The position numbers and the translations under genes were made by a program. Source: Tubiluchus corallicola (taxonomy: Eukaryota > Animalia > Priapulida). From it: a stretch of DNA of 37,772 nt. Below, piece by piece: positions 1-11,547 of this stretch (its first letter is position 1; each line of letters opens with the position of its first letter). The stretch covers positions 1 through 37,772 of the forward strand of contig JAQGDQ010001501.1 of the NCBI GenBank assembly GCA_030141605.1, read 5' to 3'. The notes under the pieces were generated by a model. That model was not told the origin of the DNA. It was given only the letters and a program-made list of their open reading frames with translations, and made no database searches.

Positions 1-146
1 GTGTTGCTATGTATCATGAGCACCAGGTTGTAATGTGTCGCTATGTATCATGAGCACCAGGTTGTAATGTGTCGCTATGTATCATGAGCACCAGGTTGTA
101 ATGTGTTGCTATGTATCATGAGCACCAGGTTGTAATGTGTTGCTAT
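1..146. repeat. 34-bp minisatellite (GTGTYGCTATGTATCATGAGCACCAGGTTGTAAT), at least 4.3 copies, running off the window start
   Basis: Units start at 1, 35, 69 and 103, with a partial unit at 137 that ends just before the TTTCAG splice acceptor at 147-152. Confidence 0.95.
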
Positions 147-152
147 TTTCAG

Positions 153-199
153 GCCTCATACAAGTAGTGAAGAGAGCAATGATTCTCTGTCAGTATCAT
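153..199 (+). CDS. Internal exon of coiled-coil protein gene (PHTSSEESNDSLSVS)
   Basis: TTTTCAG acceptor (AG 151-152) and GTAAGT donor at 200. The open frame ends in phase 1, matching the exon at 2500. Confidence 0.7.
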
Positions 200-668
200 G
201 TAAGTGTTTTTGTCTTTCTTACATATTAACACGTATTTCAAAAATTTTGGAATGAAGCAAATACAAATGATATCAGACAAATTGAAATTATAGTGAACTT
301 TATTTAATTGAATGAACATTTTCCAGATCCGGAGCAGACCCGTGCTCTGGTCTCCGGATCCGGATGTAAAACTTGTTTAGAAAATTTCACTCAATTTCTC
401 ATGCACTGCAATAATATCACATTCTAATTTGAGTAAAGCATGAAAAGGTTTGGATGTTTAAACCTAACAAAATGGTTCGGTATTTTGTGTCGTGCAGGGC
501 AGGCAAAGATTTCCCGTATTGGTGTTTAGCTGCATGTGATCGCAACTGTAAATTAGATTTTTTGGGCAGCATAGTGCTTCATTAAATTTCATGTGTTTGC
601 TTATTGAAAGAAGTTGCTATAGCTGTACCGAATGAATTTTCTGATCTTATTGATGTTATTAATGAATA

Positions 669-1998
669 TCTGTTATCCGACCGCATCAGTTATTCTGATC
701 CAGATCCGGCACACCCTCTGTTATCCAACCGCATCAGTTATCCTGATCCAGATTCAGCACACCCTCCGTTATCCGACCAAATCAGCTATCCTGATCCAGA
801 TCCGGCACACCCTCTGTTATCCGACCGCATCAGTTATTCTGATCCAGATCCGGCACACCCTCTGTTATCCAACCAAATCAGTTATCCTGATCCAGATCCG
901 GCACGCCCTCTGTTATCCAACCAAATCAGCTATCCTGATCCAGATCCGGCACACCCTCTGTTATCCGACCGCATCAGTTATTCTGATCCAGATCCGGCAC
1001 ACCCTCTGTTATCCAACCGCATCAGTTATCCTGATCCAGATTCAGCACACCCTCCGTTATCCGACCAAATCAGCTATCCTGATCCAGATCCGGCACACCC
1101 TCTGTTATCCGACCGCATCAGTTATTCTGATCCAGATCCGGCACACCCTCTGTTATCCAACCGCATCAGTTATCCTGATCCAGATTCAGCACACCCTCTG
1201 TTATCCGACCAAATCAGCTATCCTGATCCAGATCCGGCACGCCCTCTGTTATCCGACCGCATCAGTTATCCTGATCCAGATCCGGCACACCCTCTGTTAT
1301 CCGACCGCATCAGTTATCCTGATCCAGATTCAGCACATCCTCTGTTATCCGACCGCATCAGTTATCCTGATCCAGGTCCAGCACATCCTCTGTTATCCGA
1401 CCAAATCAGTTATCCAGGTCCAGCACATCCTCTGTTATCCGACCGCATCAGTTATTCTGATCCAGATCCAGCACATCCTCTGTTATCCAACCGCATCAGT
1501 TATTCTGATCCAGATCCGGCACACCCTCTGTTATCCGACCGCATCAGTTATCCTGATCCAGATCCGGCACACCCTCTGTTATCCAAACGAACCAGTTATC
1601 CTGATCCAGATTCAGCACATCCTCTGTTATCCGACCGCATCAGTTATCCTGATCCAGGTCCAGCACATCCTCTGTTATCCGACCAAATCAGTTATCCAGG
1701 TCCAGCACATCCTCTGTTATCCGACCGCATCAGTTATTCTGATCCAGATCCAGCACATCCTCTGTTATCCAACCGCATCAGTTATTCTGATCCAGATCCG
1801 GCACACCCGCTGTTATCCGACCGCATCAGTTATCCTGATCCAGATCCGGCACATCCTCTGTTATCCGACCAAATCAGCTATCCTGATCTAGATTCAGCAC
1901 ATCCTCTGTTATCCGACCGCATCAGTTATCCTGATCCAGATTCAGCACATCCTCTGTTATCCGACCGCATCAGTTATCCTGATCCAGATCCAGCACAC
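669..1998. repeat. 48-bp intronic minisatellite, about 28 copies (TTATCCGACCGCATCAGTTATCCTGATCCAGATCCGGCACACCCTCTG)
   Basis: Direct tandem units, including two 42-bp variants lacking one GATCCA-type hexamer. It accounts for the repetitive ORFs 604-2004 and 632-1891. Confidence 0.97.
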
Positions 1999-2261
1999 AT
2001 TTAACTGAATAAGGAAATGTATTCAATTTCCTTGTATAAATTAGAACATTCATGTATTCATATTTCCCTACATGTTTCTGCTGTCTGTTTGTTTATGCAA
2101 AAACCAATCTCAGTGTTTTTAAGGTCATTTTATGAAAACTAGAAGGTGACAAAGATAAATTACTTCCTGCTTGCACAAAGTCTGAAGTTTATTGTAGATT
2201 AAGACAAAGTCGTTAAGACACTTATTGTGTACACTTTTTTTAAGTTTAAAATTTGCAATTT

Positions 2262-2385
2262 TAAGTTTGCAATTCCCCACACAATTTAAATATCCTAATC
2301 CAACCCCATTCCTAATCCTAATCCTAATCCTGACTCTAATCCGCTTCACAAAGTAATTTTTTGTGTAGGAAATCTTCCAGTTAAA
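2262..2385 (+). repeat. Dispersed repeat fragment with (CCTAAT/CCCTAA)n core; an inverted copy lies at about 15925-16022
   Basis: AGTTTGCAATTCCCCACACAATTTAAATATCCTAATCCAACCCC aligns by eye with the reverse complement of 15971-16022 (AGTTTACAATTCCCCAAACAGTTTAAATACCCTAGCCCAACCCT), and similarity resumes beyond the hexamer run. Confidence 0.65.
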
Positions 2386-2499
2386 TTTTAGGTTCATTTT
2401 AATTACCTTCAATCATTGCATCTTCCAGTCATCCTATTTTAGCCGACCTCCAGAGAGTTTTTCCGGTTCATAGGACCTTACCGTGAATTTTATTTTCAG

Positions 2500-2613
2500 C
2501 TTCGGCTCTTCAGACTTACATTCGATTACGGAAGCAGAATTTTGAAGTCATGTTGGAGGAAGACAAGCAACAATGTGTAACGAAGCTTTCCATCCTCAAC
2601 GAGAACTTTCGTG
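2500..2613 (+). CDS. Internal exon of coiled-coil protein gene (SALQTYIRLRKQNFEVMLEEDKQQCVTKLSILNENFR)
   Basis: TATTTTCAG acceptor and G|GTAAAA donor. A 114-nt symmetric phase-1 exon, open, in frame with 153-199 and 6158-6384. Confidence 0.8.
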
Positions 2614-3146
2614 GTAAAACCGACTGTTCATTGTTGTTTGTGTTGCACGTTCGTATATCATATTATAGATTAATTTGACATTTTTGAATCGAGAGCAGAA
2701 ATAAGTGTTTCACCGAACGCTAACTGGTTTAACCGTTACTTAGCCGAGTTTTCTACGTATCCGTATCAATGAAACCTTGTATCTTTTCTTAGTTGGCAAT
2801 GTCCCGCTTACGTAAAATTGTAGTATGTACGACATTGTTTCAATTAATCTGGTTGCCTAAGAAGCATCTAAGCGGTAAATTGCAAAAAGTTTTTCTCTCG
2901 CGTATGTTACGAGGATACCTCCATGTTGGACATTCCTGCTGGTGCTTGCTAGATTTGAACTGCAGCGCTTACACAAGCGAATCATGTGTATTCGATATTT
3001 TCTTATATGGATGACATCATCACGAACAGTTATAAGTTATAAAGCCTAATTGTCTCGACTCTAATGTGAACTGGTAGTTGTTCTATAAGCTAAACGTTTG
3101 AAGAAGCAGGTAAAGAAAAGCTCAAAGAATATTCATCAGATTGTAT

Positions 3147-5394
3147 CAAAGTAAATGCTAAACCATGCAGATCTGCACAAAGTAAATGCTAAACCGTGCA
3201 GATCTGGACAAAGTAAATGCTAAACCGTGCAGATCTGGACAAAGTAAATGCTAAACCATGCAGATCTGGACAAAGTAAATGCTAAACCGTGCAGATCTGG
3301 ACAAAGTAAATGCTAAACCGTGCAGATCTGGACAAAGTAAATGCTAAACCGTGCAGATCTGGACAAAGTAAATGCTAAACCGTGCAGATCTGGACGAAGT
3401 AAATGCTAAACCATGCAGATCTGGACAAAGTAAATGCTAAACCATGCAGATCTGGACAAAGTAAATGCTAAACCATGCAGATCTGGACAAAATAAATGCT
3501 AAACCGTGCAGATCTGGATAAAGTAAATGCTAAACCGTGCAGATCTGGACAAAGTAAATGCTAAACCGTGCAGATCTGGACAAAGTAAATGCTAAACCGT
3601 GCAGATCTGGACAAAGTAAATGCTAAACCATGCAGATCTGGACAAAGTAAATGCTAAACCATGCAGATCTGGACAAAGTAAATGCTAAACCATGCAGATC
3701 TGGACAAAGTAAATGCTAAACCGTGCAGATCTGGACAAAGTAAATGCTAAACCGTGCAGATCTGGACAAAGTAAATGCTAAACCGTGCAGATCTGGACAA
3801 AGTAAATGCTAAACCGTGCAGATCTGGACAAAGTAAATGCTAAGTCATGCAGATCTGGACAAAGTAAATGCTAAACCATGCAGATCTGGACAAAGTAAAT
3901 GCTAAACCGTGCAGATCTGGACAAAGTAAATGCTAAACCGTGCAGATAGATCTGGACAAAGTAAATGCTAAACCATGCAGATCTGGACAAAGTAAATGCT
4001 AAACCATGCAGATCTGGACAAAGTAAATGCTAAACCATGCAGATCTGGACAAGTAAATGCTAAACCGTGCAGATCTGGACAAAGTAAATGCTAAACCGTG
4101 CAGATCTGGACAAAGTAAATGCTAAACCGTGCAGATCTGGACAAAGTAAATGCTAAACCGTGCAGATCTGGACAAAGTAAATGCTAAACCATGCAGATCT
4201 GGACAAAGTAAATGCTAAACCATGCAGATCTGGACAAAGTAAATGCTAAACCATGCAGATCTGGACAAAGTAAATGCTAAACCGTGCAGATCTGGACAAA
4301 GTAAATGCTAAACCGTGCAGATCTGGACAAAGTAAATGCTAAACCGTGCAGATCTGGACAAAGTAAATGCTAAACCGTGCAGATCTGGACAAAGTAAATG
4401 CTAAACCGTGCAGATCTGGACAAAGTAAATGCTAAACCGTGCAGATCTGGACAAAGTAAATGCTAAACCGTGCAGATCTGGACAAAGTAAATGCTAAACC
4501 GTGCAGATCTGGACAAAGTAAATGCTAAACCGTGCAGATCTGGACAAAGTAAATGCTAAACCGTGCAGATCTGGACAAAGTAAATGCTAAACCATGCAGA
4601 TCTGGACAAAGTAAATGCTAAAACGTGTAGATCTGGACAAAGTAAATGCTAAAACATGCAGATCTGGACAAAGTAAATGCTAAAACATATAGATCTGGAC
4701 AAAGTAAATGCTAAACCATGCAGATCTGGACAAAGTAAATGCTAAACCGTGCAGATCTGGACAAAGTAAATGCTAAACCATGCAGATCTGGACAAAGTAA
4801 ATGCTAAACTGTGCAGATCTGGACAAAGTAAATGCTAAACCTTGCAGATCTGGACAAAGTAAATGCTAAACCATTCACATCTGGACAAAGTAAATGCTAA
4901 ACCGTGCAGATCTGGACAAAGGAAATGCTAAACCGTGCAGGTCTGGACAAAGTAAATGCTAAACCGTGCAGATCTGGACAACGTAAATGCTAAACCGTGC
5001 AGATCTGGACAAAGTAAATGCTAAACCGTGCAGATCTGGACAACGTAAATGCTAAACCGTGCAGAACTGGACAAAGTAAATGCTAAACCGTGCAGATCTG
5101 GACAAAGTAAATGCTAAGCTGTGCAGATCTGGACAAAGTAAATGCTAAACCGTGCAGATCTGGACAAAGTAAACGCTAAACCGTGCAGATGTGGACAAAG
5201 TAAATGCTAAACCGTGCAGATCTGGACAAAGTAAATGCTAAACCGTGCAGATCTGAACAAAGTAAATGCTAAACCGTGCAGATCTGGACAAAGTAAATGC
5301 TAAACCGTGCAGATCTGAACAAAGTAAATGCTAAACCGTGCAGATCTGGACAAAGTAAATGCTAAACCGTGCAGATGTGGACAAAGTAAATGCT
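3147..5394. repeat. 31-bp intronic minisatellite, about 72 copies (CAAAGTAAATGCTAAACCRTGCAGATCTGGA)
   Basis: Head-to-tail units with no spacers; the main variant is CCGTG/CCATG. Confidence 0.98.
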
Positions 5395-6157
5395 TCTTCT
5401 ACCCTTTCTAGCTTATTCTTCTAGTCTATGTTTTATTCAGTCTAAGCTGCACTATGTACAGTAAAGTATGTATAACCTGATCCATTGTAGCTTGAATTCT
5501 TATGTATCTTGAACAGATTTTCCCTTTAATTTCTCTCCTTAACAAGCATCGCATAACTTGCATTATCACGTAGCTCAAACCTAATTCCCAGTACATGTTA
5601 TAAGAACCTAAATTGAAATTATCTCACCTATCTCGAACAACCTCCCAAGTGGGAAATCCTATGTGAAAGTGTGCACCACATTGCAATTTTAACTGCTAGT
5701 TTAAGCAAAAACGCTAAGATTTCTTGTATTACCTTGTAAAAACGCTACACATAACATGGCGTAAGAAACGTGCTTTGACGTAGATCACAATATTATTATT
5801 GCTGAATTCTATTAACCATGTTACTCGGACTACAATAGAGGTGGCCAGTCATTTTATTTTTCATTATTCATAAAAATTGTTGTTTAATATTTGATTAAAG
5901 GTTCAGTTTGTCATTTTCACAGGCTGTAGTGTTACTAGTGTATTGCATTGATGAGCGACTCAATCTTGTTTTCTTATGAACATCGTCTAACCCACACCCT
6001 CGCAGAACTGGAACAAATTTTTGAGTCCCGAGGTGTTCCATTTATACGTAGTTTACTATGTCTTGTTTTCTTAACACTTTCAGTTGTATGTGAATTTTTT
6101 TTATGGATTGCTGATCGTCTCTAGATCCACTTACCGTGGAAATCTTTGTTGTTGTAG

Positions 6158-6384
6158 CATTGCAAAGTCAACGGGCAACGCTGGACAAGAAGGTGGCGGA
6201 GAAGGCAAAGCAGATTAAAGACATGTTCCATCGTTTGTACGACGAGCAGTTGGAGTGCAGAACTTTCGAAGCCGAGCGAGAAAAGAACCTCTCTGAACAG
6301 CGAGAGATTCTAAACGAGCACACGCAGGTGAAGGAGCAACTCGCTACATGTGAGAGGGCGCTGAAAGAGTTAGAACAAGTATGA
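6158..6384 (+). CDS. Coiled-coil exon, probably last or penultimate (LQSQRATLDKKVAEKAKQIKDMF...LKELEQV)
   Basis: TTTGTTGTTGTAG phase-1 acceptor; E/K/Q/L-rich heptad-like translation with raised GC. It ends at TGA 6382-6384 or at a possible donor CAA|GTATGA at 6379. Confidence 0.82.
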
Positions 6385-7261
6385 TGTAGTACAAAGGGCT
6401 CAGCTGGCTAGTGCTGACAAAGTGAAAGAATGTTTATGTTGAACTGAAATTTAATCATTTTAACAAGAGAATTCCCCCCCCCCCGCTACTCACTACTTTT
6501 GCAAACTTGCGTTTTTTGCACCCGCTGTTCGGCACGTAGATACTTGCTGTGAGGACATTGTTATAAAAGCATTACACGTTCGGTTACATTTTAAATTTTT
6601 CAGTAAAATCCTGAAATTGCAGCCTTTTTGCTAATGTTGCCGTATTTGAAATACGACAATGTTGCCATTTTCGGTTTCAGTGTGTCACATCAAATCCTGC
6701 GTGAAAGCATGCACTGCATTACCATTTCAACAAAAACGCTCAGGTTTCTTGTACTACTTTGACGGAACATGGTTTCACTAACAAACCAAGATGTGGCTTG
6801 CACAAATGTGTTTTTTTGTCATCAGCGTTACATGGACTTATACGTTGTAGGAAAATGCACTAAAAGGAATTTTTTGACTAACAAATATTTTTGAATTGTT
6901 AGTCACTGGCAGAAAAAATCTGTTACAAATTTTTCTGTTAGACCTACAGCCTTTATTATTGCAGAATTACTGACAGCTGTGCTGCTCACAGATTGTTATG
7001 ACAACAGTGTTTTTCACGTAGAATCGAGTAATATTCGGTTGAAAAAACTATTTGCAAAATTGAGGTGCGAATTCGGTTCGGTTCGGTTTCGGAAATTACT
7101 TTGAAGTAACTTTAAAGTAACACAGAAGTTCAGCAGATCAAATGTAATTTTGATTCGGATTCGTGTTGGAATCTCCGTTTCAATCCTTACCAACAACCAC
7201 TTATCAAGATCACTTCTACAAACTGTTTATTTTCCCTTTTGATTGTTTATGCACTGATCTA

Positions 7262-7658
7262 GCGCAGTTGTAGTCGTACATTATAACTTTGCAAAACTTG
7301 CGCAGTTGCAGTCGTACGTTATAACTTTGCAAAACTTGCGCAGTTGTAGCTGTATGTATTAACTTTGCAAAGCTTGTGCAGTTGTAGTCGTACATTATGA
7401 CCTTGGAAAGCTTGCGCAGTTGTAGCTGTATGTATTAACTTTGCAAAGCTTGCGCAGTTGTAGTCGTACATTATAACTTTGCAAAGCTTGCGCAGTTGTA
7501 GTCGTACGTTATAACTTTGCAAAGCTTGTGCAGTTGTAGTCGTACGTTATAACTTTGCAAAGCTTGCGCAGTTGTAGTCGTACATTATGACTTTGGAAAG
7601 CTTGCGCAGTTGTAGTTGTACATTATGACTTTGCAAAGTTTGCGCAGTTGTAGTCGTA
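7262..7658. repeat. 38-bp minisatellite, about 10.5 copies (GCGCAGTTGTAGTCGTACRTTATAACTTTGCAAAGCTT)
   Basis: Tandem units with a second variant (GCTGTATGTATTAA) interleaved in the 5' half. Confidence 0.95.
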
Positions 7659-7962
7659 AATATGCCATTTAATTGTGCAACTTTTTTAATCGTCTGCACA
7701 TGTCATTCTATTTCCTATTTTGGATCTCTTATTAATTTGATTGTCGGCAGCATAAGAACCCCATTTTAGGGAACAGTTGTCTATGTATAGTGTTCTGCAA
7801 ACAGTATTATACCTGTAAATTTCTTTGACATGGTAAACGTGCATGAAAGTAAAGTATTCAAAACAGCTCACGTTGTGCTAGCACTAGAAAAACTAGCTGT
7901 TAATATTCATGTCATTATATTAATGTAGGATTGTAATTCTTGGTCCACTGATGTATGCAGAA

Positions 7963-8097
7963 GTTAGCGATGCTACTGCTGGTTTGTTAATGATTGTACA
8001 ACTGGTTTGTTAGCAGTGCTACTGCTGGTTCATTAACGATGCTACTGCTGGTTTGTTAACGATGCTACTGCTGTTTGTTAACAATGTCACTGCTGGC
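7963..8097. repeat. Degenerate 23-bp tandem repeat, about 6 copies (GTTAACGATGCTACTGCTGGTTT)
   Basis: Recurrent GCTACTGCTGGTTTGTTA motif at about 23-nt spacing. Confidence 0.8.
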
Positions 8098-9745
8098 TTA
8101 AAATACTTGTAATGGTAACAACATCGCATTGACTATAACATAATGACAACATCGTGTCAGTAAAGTACAATGTGGTTGAAGCTGCATATATTTCTATTAT
8201 TGTGACGCAACCATCCTTTTGATGCATTATTATCCATTTTACTAATAAACTTCACATTGTATGCATCGTAAAAATGCAGAATATTTTTACAGTAACATAT
8301 GCATCATGTTGATGTTGTTTAAATTTGAAAGTGTTTAAATAATGTGCAACAAAGAACATATTCTTACTACTTTTTGTGGCCTTGTTAATATTGCTGATAA
8401 ATTCATATTCTTTAGAGCTAGCTTTTTTAACGTTAGTCTTGCCGCACGTTTACCATCCTAGCTGCCTGTCTGTTTGGACTTTGCTTAAACAGTCGATAAC
8501 ATCTAAGATGAGCCATTGAACCAAAAGTGGTGTCGCTCAACACAAGGTCATAAGGCAGATTTACTTGTTTCAAAACACTTCTATAGTCATCCACCCATCT
8601 ACTAATCAGACCTAGGCCTGCATAGTATAAGTAAATTGTGCACCAGAATAAGCCTGTTTTATAATAAGCAGTCTCTCTTCTCAGTTGTTGACAAAGTGCG
8701 ACTAAAACTAGAACTCGAGATCATCATGTAAATAAACAACATTATATAAAAATGAACTGCTAGTGTTTTTATTTTGTAAATAATTAAATATTAACAATGT
8801 TGTCAATCACCAACACAGTAAATATACATAAATAATTCTAATTACATTAAACTCCCTTGATTAATGTATTTATAAATGTCATTTCACGTAACCAACACGT
8901 ATAACTAATCATTCTGTTTATCATTATCAACAACAGAACTTATAATGCCCATAATGAGTGCATGTTGTTAATATATTTACAATTCTTAAACATACAATGA
9001 CTTCTATACATTATGCTGTACATAAAAATTAACTACAATGAGCAATTCTCAATTCATATGGACAATAAACTTTTGCAAGTGCAACAATAAATTGAAAACA
9101 ATTCACGTCAACTTATAATTATTACAGCTATAAAGTTAATATCTTCTCTAGTATCATTACGATTTAGGTATATATACAAAATGGAAATGCTAAAGCAAGT
9201 TTGGAGTTACAAGTATGTTTTCAAACTAAAAGCACTGGTGTTATAGCTAATGGTGTTATGAACGAGGCTTCATTCCTTCTCAACTATAACAACAATCTTT
9301 CATTGAAATGAAAGTCAAAGACAGTTTTGGCTAAAAGAAATATTGCACAAGTTTTTAGCAGCTAATGCATCCTATACTTTCCACTACAAATGTTAGCATA
9401 ATTCTCAAATATACTGCAATTTATCTCGGTAAATGGAAGCTTTGTTCAACTACTTGCTCCACATTTGTACAACATGGAAGTTTTTTATGCTGTAGATGCA
9501 GAGTGAAACACCTGCACAATGTGATACTGATACAATTACCTAACTAATTCTTCAACTACGAATCTTTCAAACCTTAAAAAATCGTTAGATCAATAAACAT
9601 GCTTTTTCTATAAAACCAGGCCATCAAACACCTCTGCAATCAACAGCAAAATTCTATGTACTTGGGCCTACGTTAAACACGAAATTGTACATATTAACAA
9701 TCATCTAATATATTATCGTTCAATGGTAATAACTAGAATATCACT

Positions 9746-9887
9746 TACACCAGTGCGTAAAGTGCGCCAGGTCTTGTGGGTCGCACATTTAGTACACCAG
9801 TGTTTAAAGTGCACCAGGTCTTGTGGGTCGCACATTTAGTACACCAGTGTGTAAAGTGAGCCAGGTCTTGCGGGTTGCACATTTAGT
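9746..9887. repeat. 47-bp tandem repeat, 3 copies
   Basis: TACACCAGTG...GGTCTTGTGGGTCGCACATTTAG units start at 9746, 9793 and 9840. Confidence 0.92.
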
Positions 9888-10593
9888 TTTCTCACCATTT
9901 AATTATCTATAAGCTTGTCCGTAACACATGTTAGTAGCACAACAGCCGTCTTTCAGTCAACAAAATTGAACTGTAGATGATAACAATGGGCACCTCATTG
10001 TTATTGCAACTTCTCCGGAAGAAAGAAAAGCAAACGTTTTTTGAGAAACTGTGCACAAGAAGAATGAGTTAACTCATTTTATCACCTAGTAACTTATTTT
10101 ACTTAAGACTTGAAAAGTTGGGTGTAACAAAGTTTAGCTGTAATCAGTTGGCGTGAGTCGCGTGATTGTCTTTGGCAGAAGTATATCAACATGTAAACTG
10201 AAGCTATTGCACCTTGCTGTATTTTGTTAGCTCAGTGATTCCTCGCGGTAAAATGGTTTGAAAAGGCCAAGACTTATACCGGGTTAAGTATGAAAGTTAG
10301 TGGATGAAACCTATGTATTAAATTCACTGTTTCACTGATTAAAAAGCAATTACTGTTTTTTCAATTAACATCGAAATTTTGCATCCTTAACGACAGAAAA
10401 CGCTTGAAAGATTACTAATAAACTGACATTTTTCCACCATTAAATGTCCCAGAAACCTAAAACCAAGGCAAATATAAGCCCCGGATGCCACCGGGGCATC
10501 TTACCGCACTCTCCCAGACCGCCTAGCTGTTTCTTGTTCTGTACGGCATAAAAACCCCTTACTTAAATAAATACACTATAAGCACTGCTTACT

Positions 10594-10617
10594 ACACACA
10601 CACACACACACACACAC
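10594..10617. repeat. (AC)12 microsatellite
   Basis: Direct reading. Confidence 0.95.
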
Positions 10618-10811
10618 TAATACTCAATATAAGTATTCTATAAAAGTACTTGGAAGAAGATGATTTATGAAAAATCATCACATCAACTCAAGCAAATAAA
10701 CTGTCTCACTTGTTCAGATTGCACATAGCTAAACTCTAGTACAGAAATGATAAAATTCTCTCTCAAATCTAAAATGCTGGAACATCAGCACCTCCAATGA
10801 TGCAGAAAGTA

Positions 10812-11532
10812 CAGTAAGTCCTCGCTTAACGACTTCGTGTTTAACGACGTTTCGTTTTAACGATGCTGAACGATTGACACCTTTTTCTCACTTAACAACG
10901 CGCGTTTCATTTTACCGACGATTTTTTTTTACTTTGCTCACGACAATTTTTTATTTTATTTACAACTTTTTTTACCTAATTTGAAGCATTAAAATGGTAC
11001 GTATTGGTTTTATTCTGTTCTAAAATTGCATTAGTAACGTAAACAGTGTAATTATTGTTTTTTTCAAGACCGACTGCCTAATAAATTCTAGCTGCTTGTA
11101 TCAAGCGAGATCAACTTGCCAATTTATATGCCTCCAGATACTCCAGCTTAAACTTTATGCAAAGAAATTTTGTCTGCAACCTGTGTGTTGCTATAACAAC
11201 CAGATTAGTATTACATGAAATTGTTTCAAGGTCACTTCCTGGAGGCTTGCTTACCGCTAACTGCCTACATTATGCTTCTACTTTAAGGAAAAAAACCACT
11301 AGCAAGTCTAACTAGATACTAGTAAGAAAGATAGGTGGTTTCAATCAAACAGAAAGAAACTAATTTGTAGAAATTTTTATGAAAAATGAATGAAACTCAT
11401 AAAATGTTTAATTTAGATGATTTAAGCAGCAATGACTTTTGCTTCTGGAACGCATCTCAATTCTTTTACATTACCTTCTATAGAAGTCTTGGTTTCGTTT
11501 AGCGACGTTTCGCTCTAAGCGAGGACTTACTG
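10812..11532. mobile_element. Non-autonomous Tc1/mariner-superfamily (pogo/Tigger-like) element, 721 bp
   Basis: Perfect 17-bp TIRs CAGTAAGTCCTCGCTTA / TAAGCGAGGACTTACTG, TA on both sides (10810-11, 11533-34), subterminal TTAACGAC-like repeats and no transposase ORF. Confidence 0.88.
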
Positions 11533-11547
11533 TAATTTCTAATTGCG

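Noticed and set aside
632-1891. 419-aa hydrophobic repeat ORF
   Set aside because: Alternative frame of the 48-bp minisatellite with no supporting splice or domain evidence.
3147-5394. CRISPR-like array (31-bp repeat length)
   Set aside because: Units are contiguous with no unique spacers, there are no cas genes, and it lies in a eukaryotic intron.
7262-7658. CRISPR-like palindromic 38-bp repeat and ORF 7319-7522
   Set aside because: No spacers; the ORF is only a translation of the repeat.
7961-7990. Short terminal exon KLAMLLLVC-stop for the coiled-coil gene
   Set aside because: Weak acceptor, and it coincides with the first unit of a tandem repeat.
10233-10588. Possible hAT-like MITE ending in TAAGCACTG
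   Set aside because: The interior looks repeat-like but I found no convincing left TIR or TSD.
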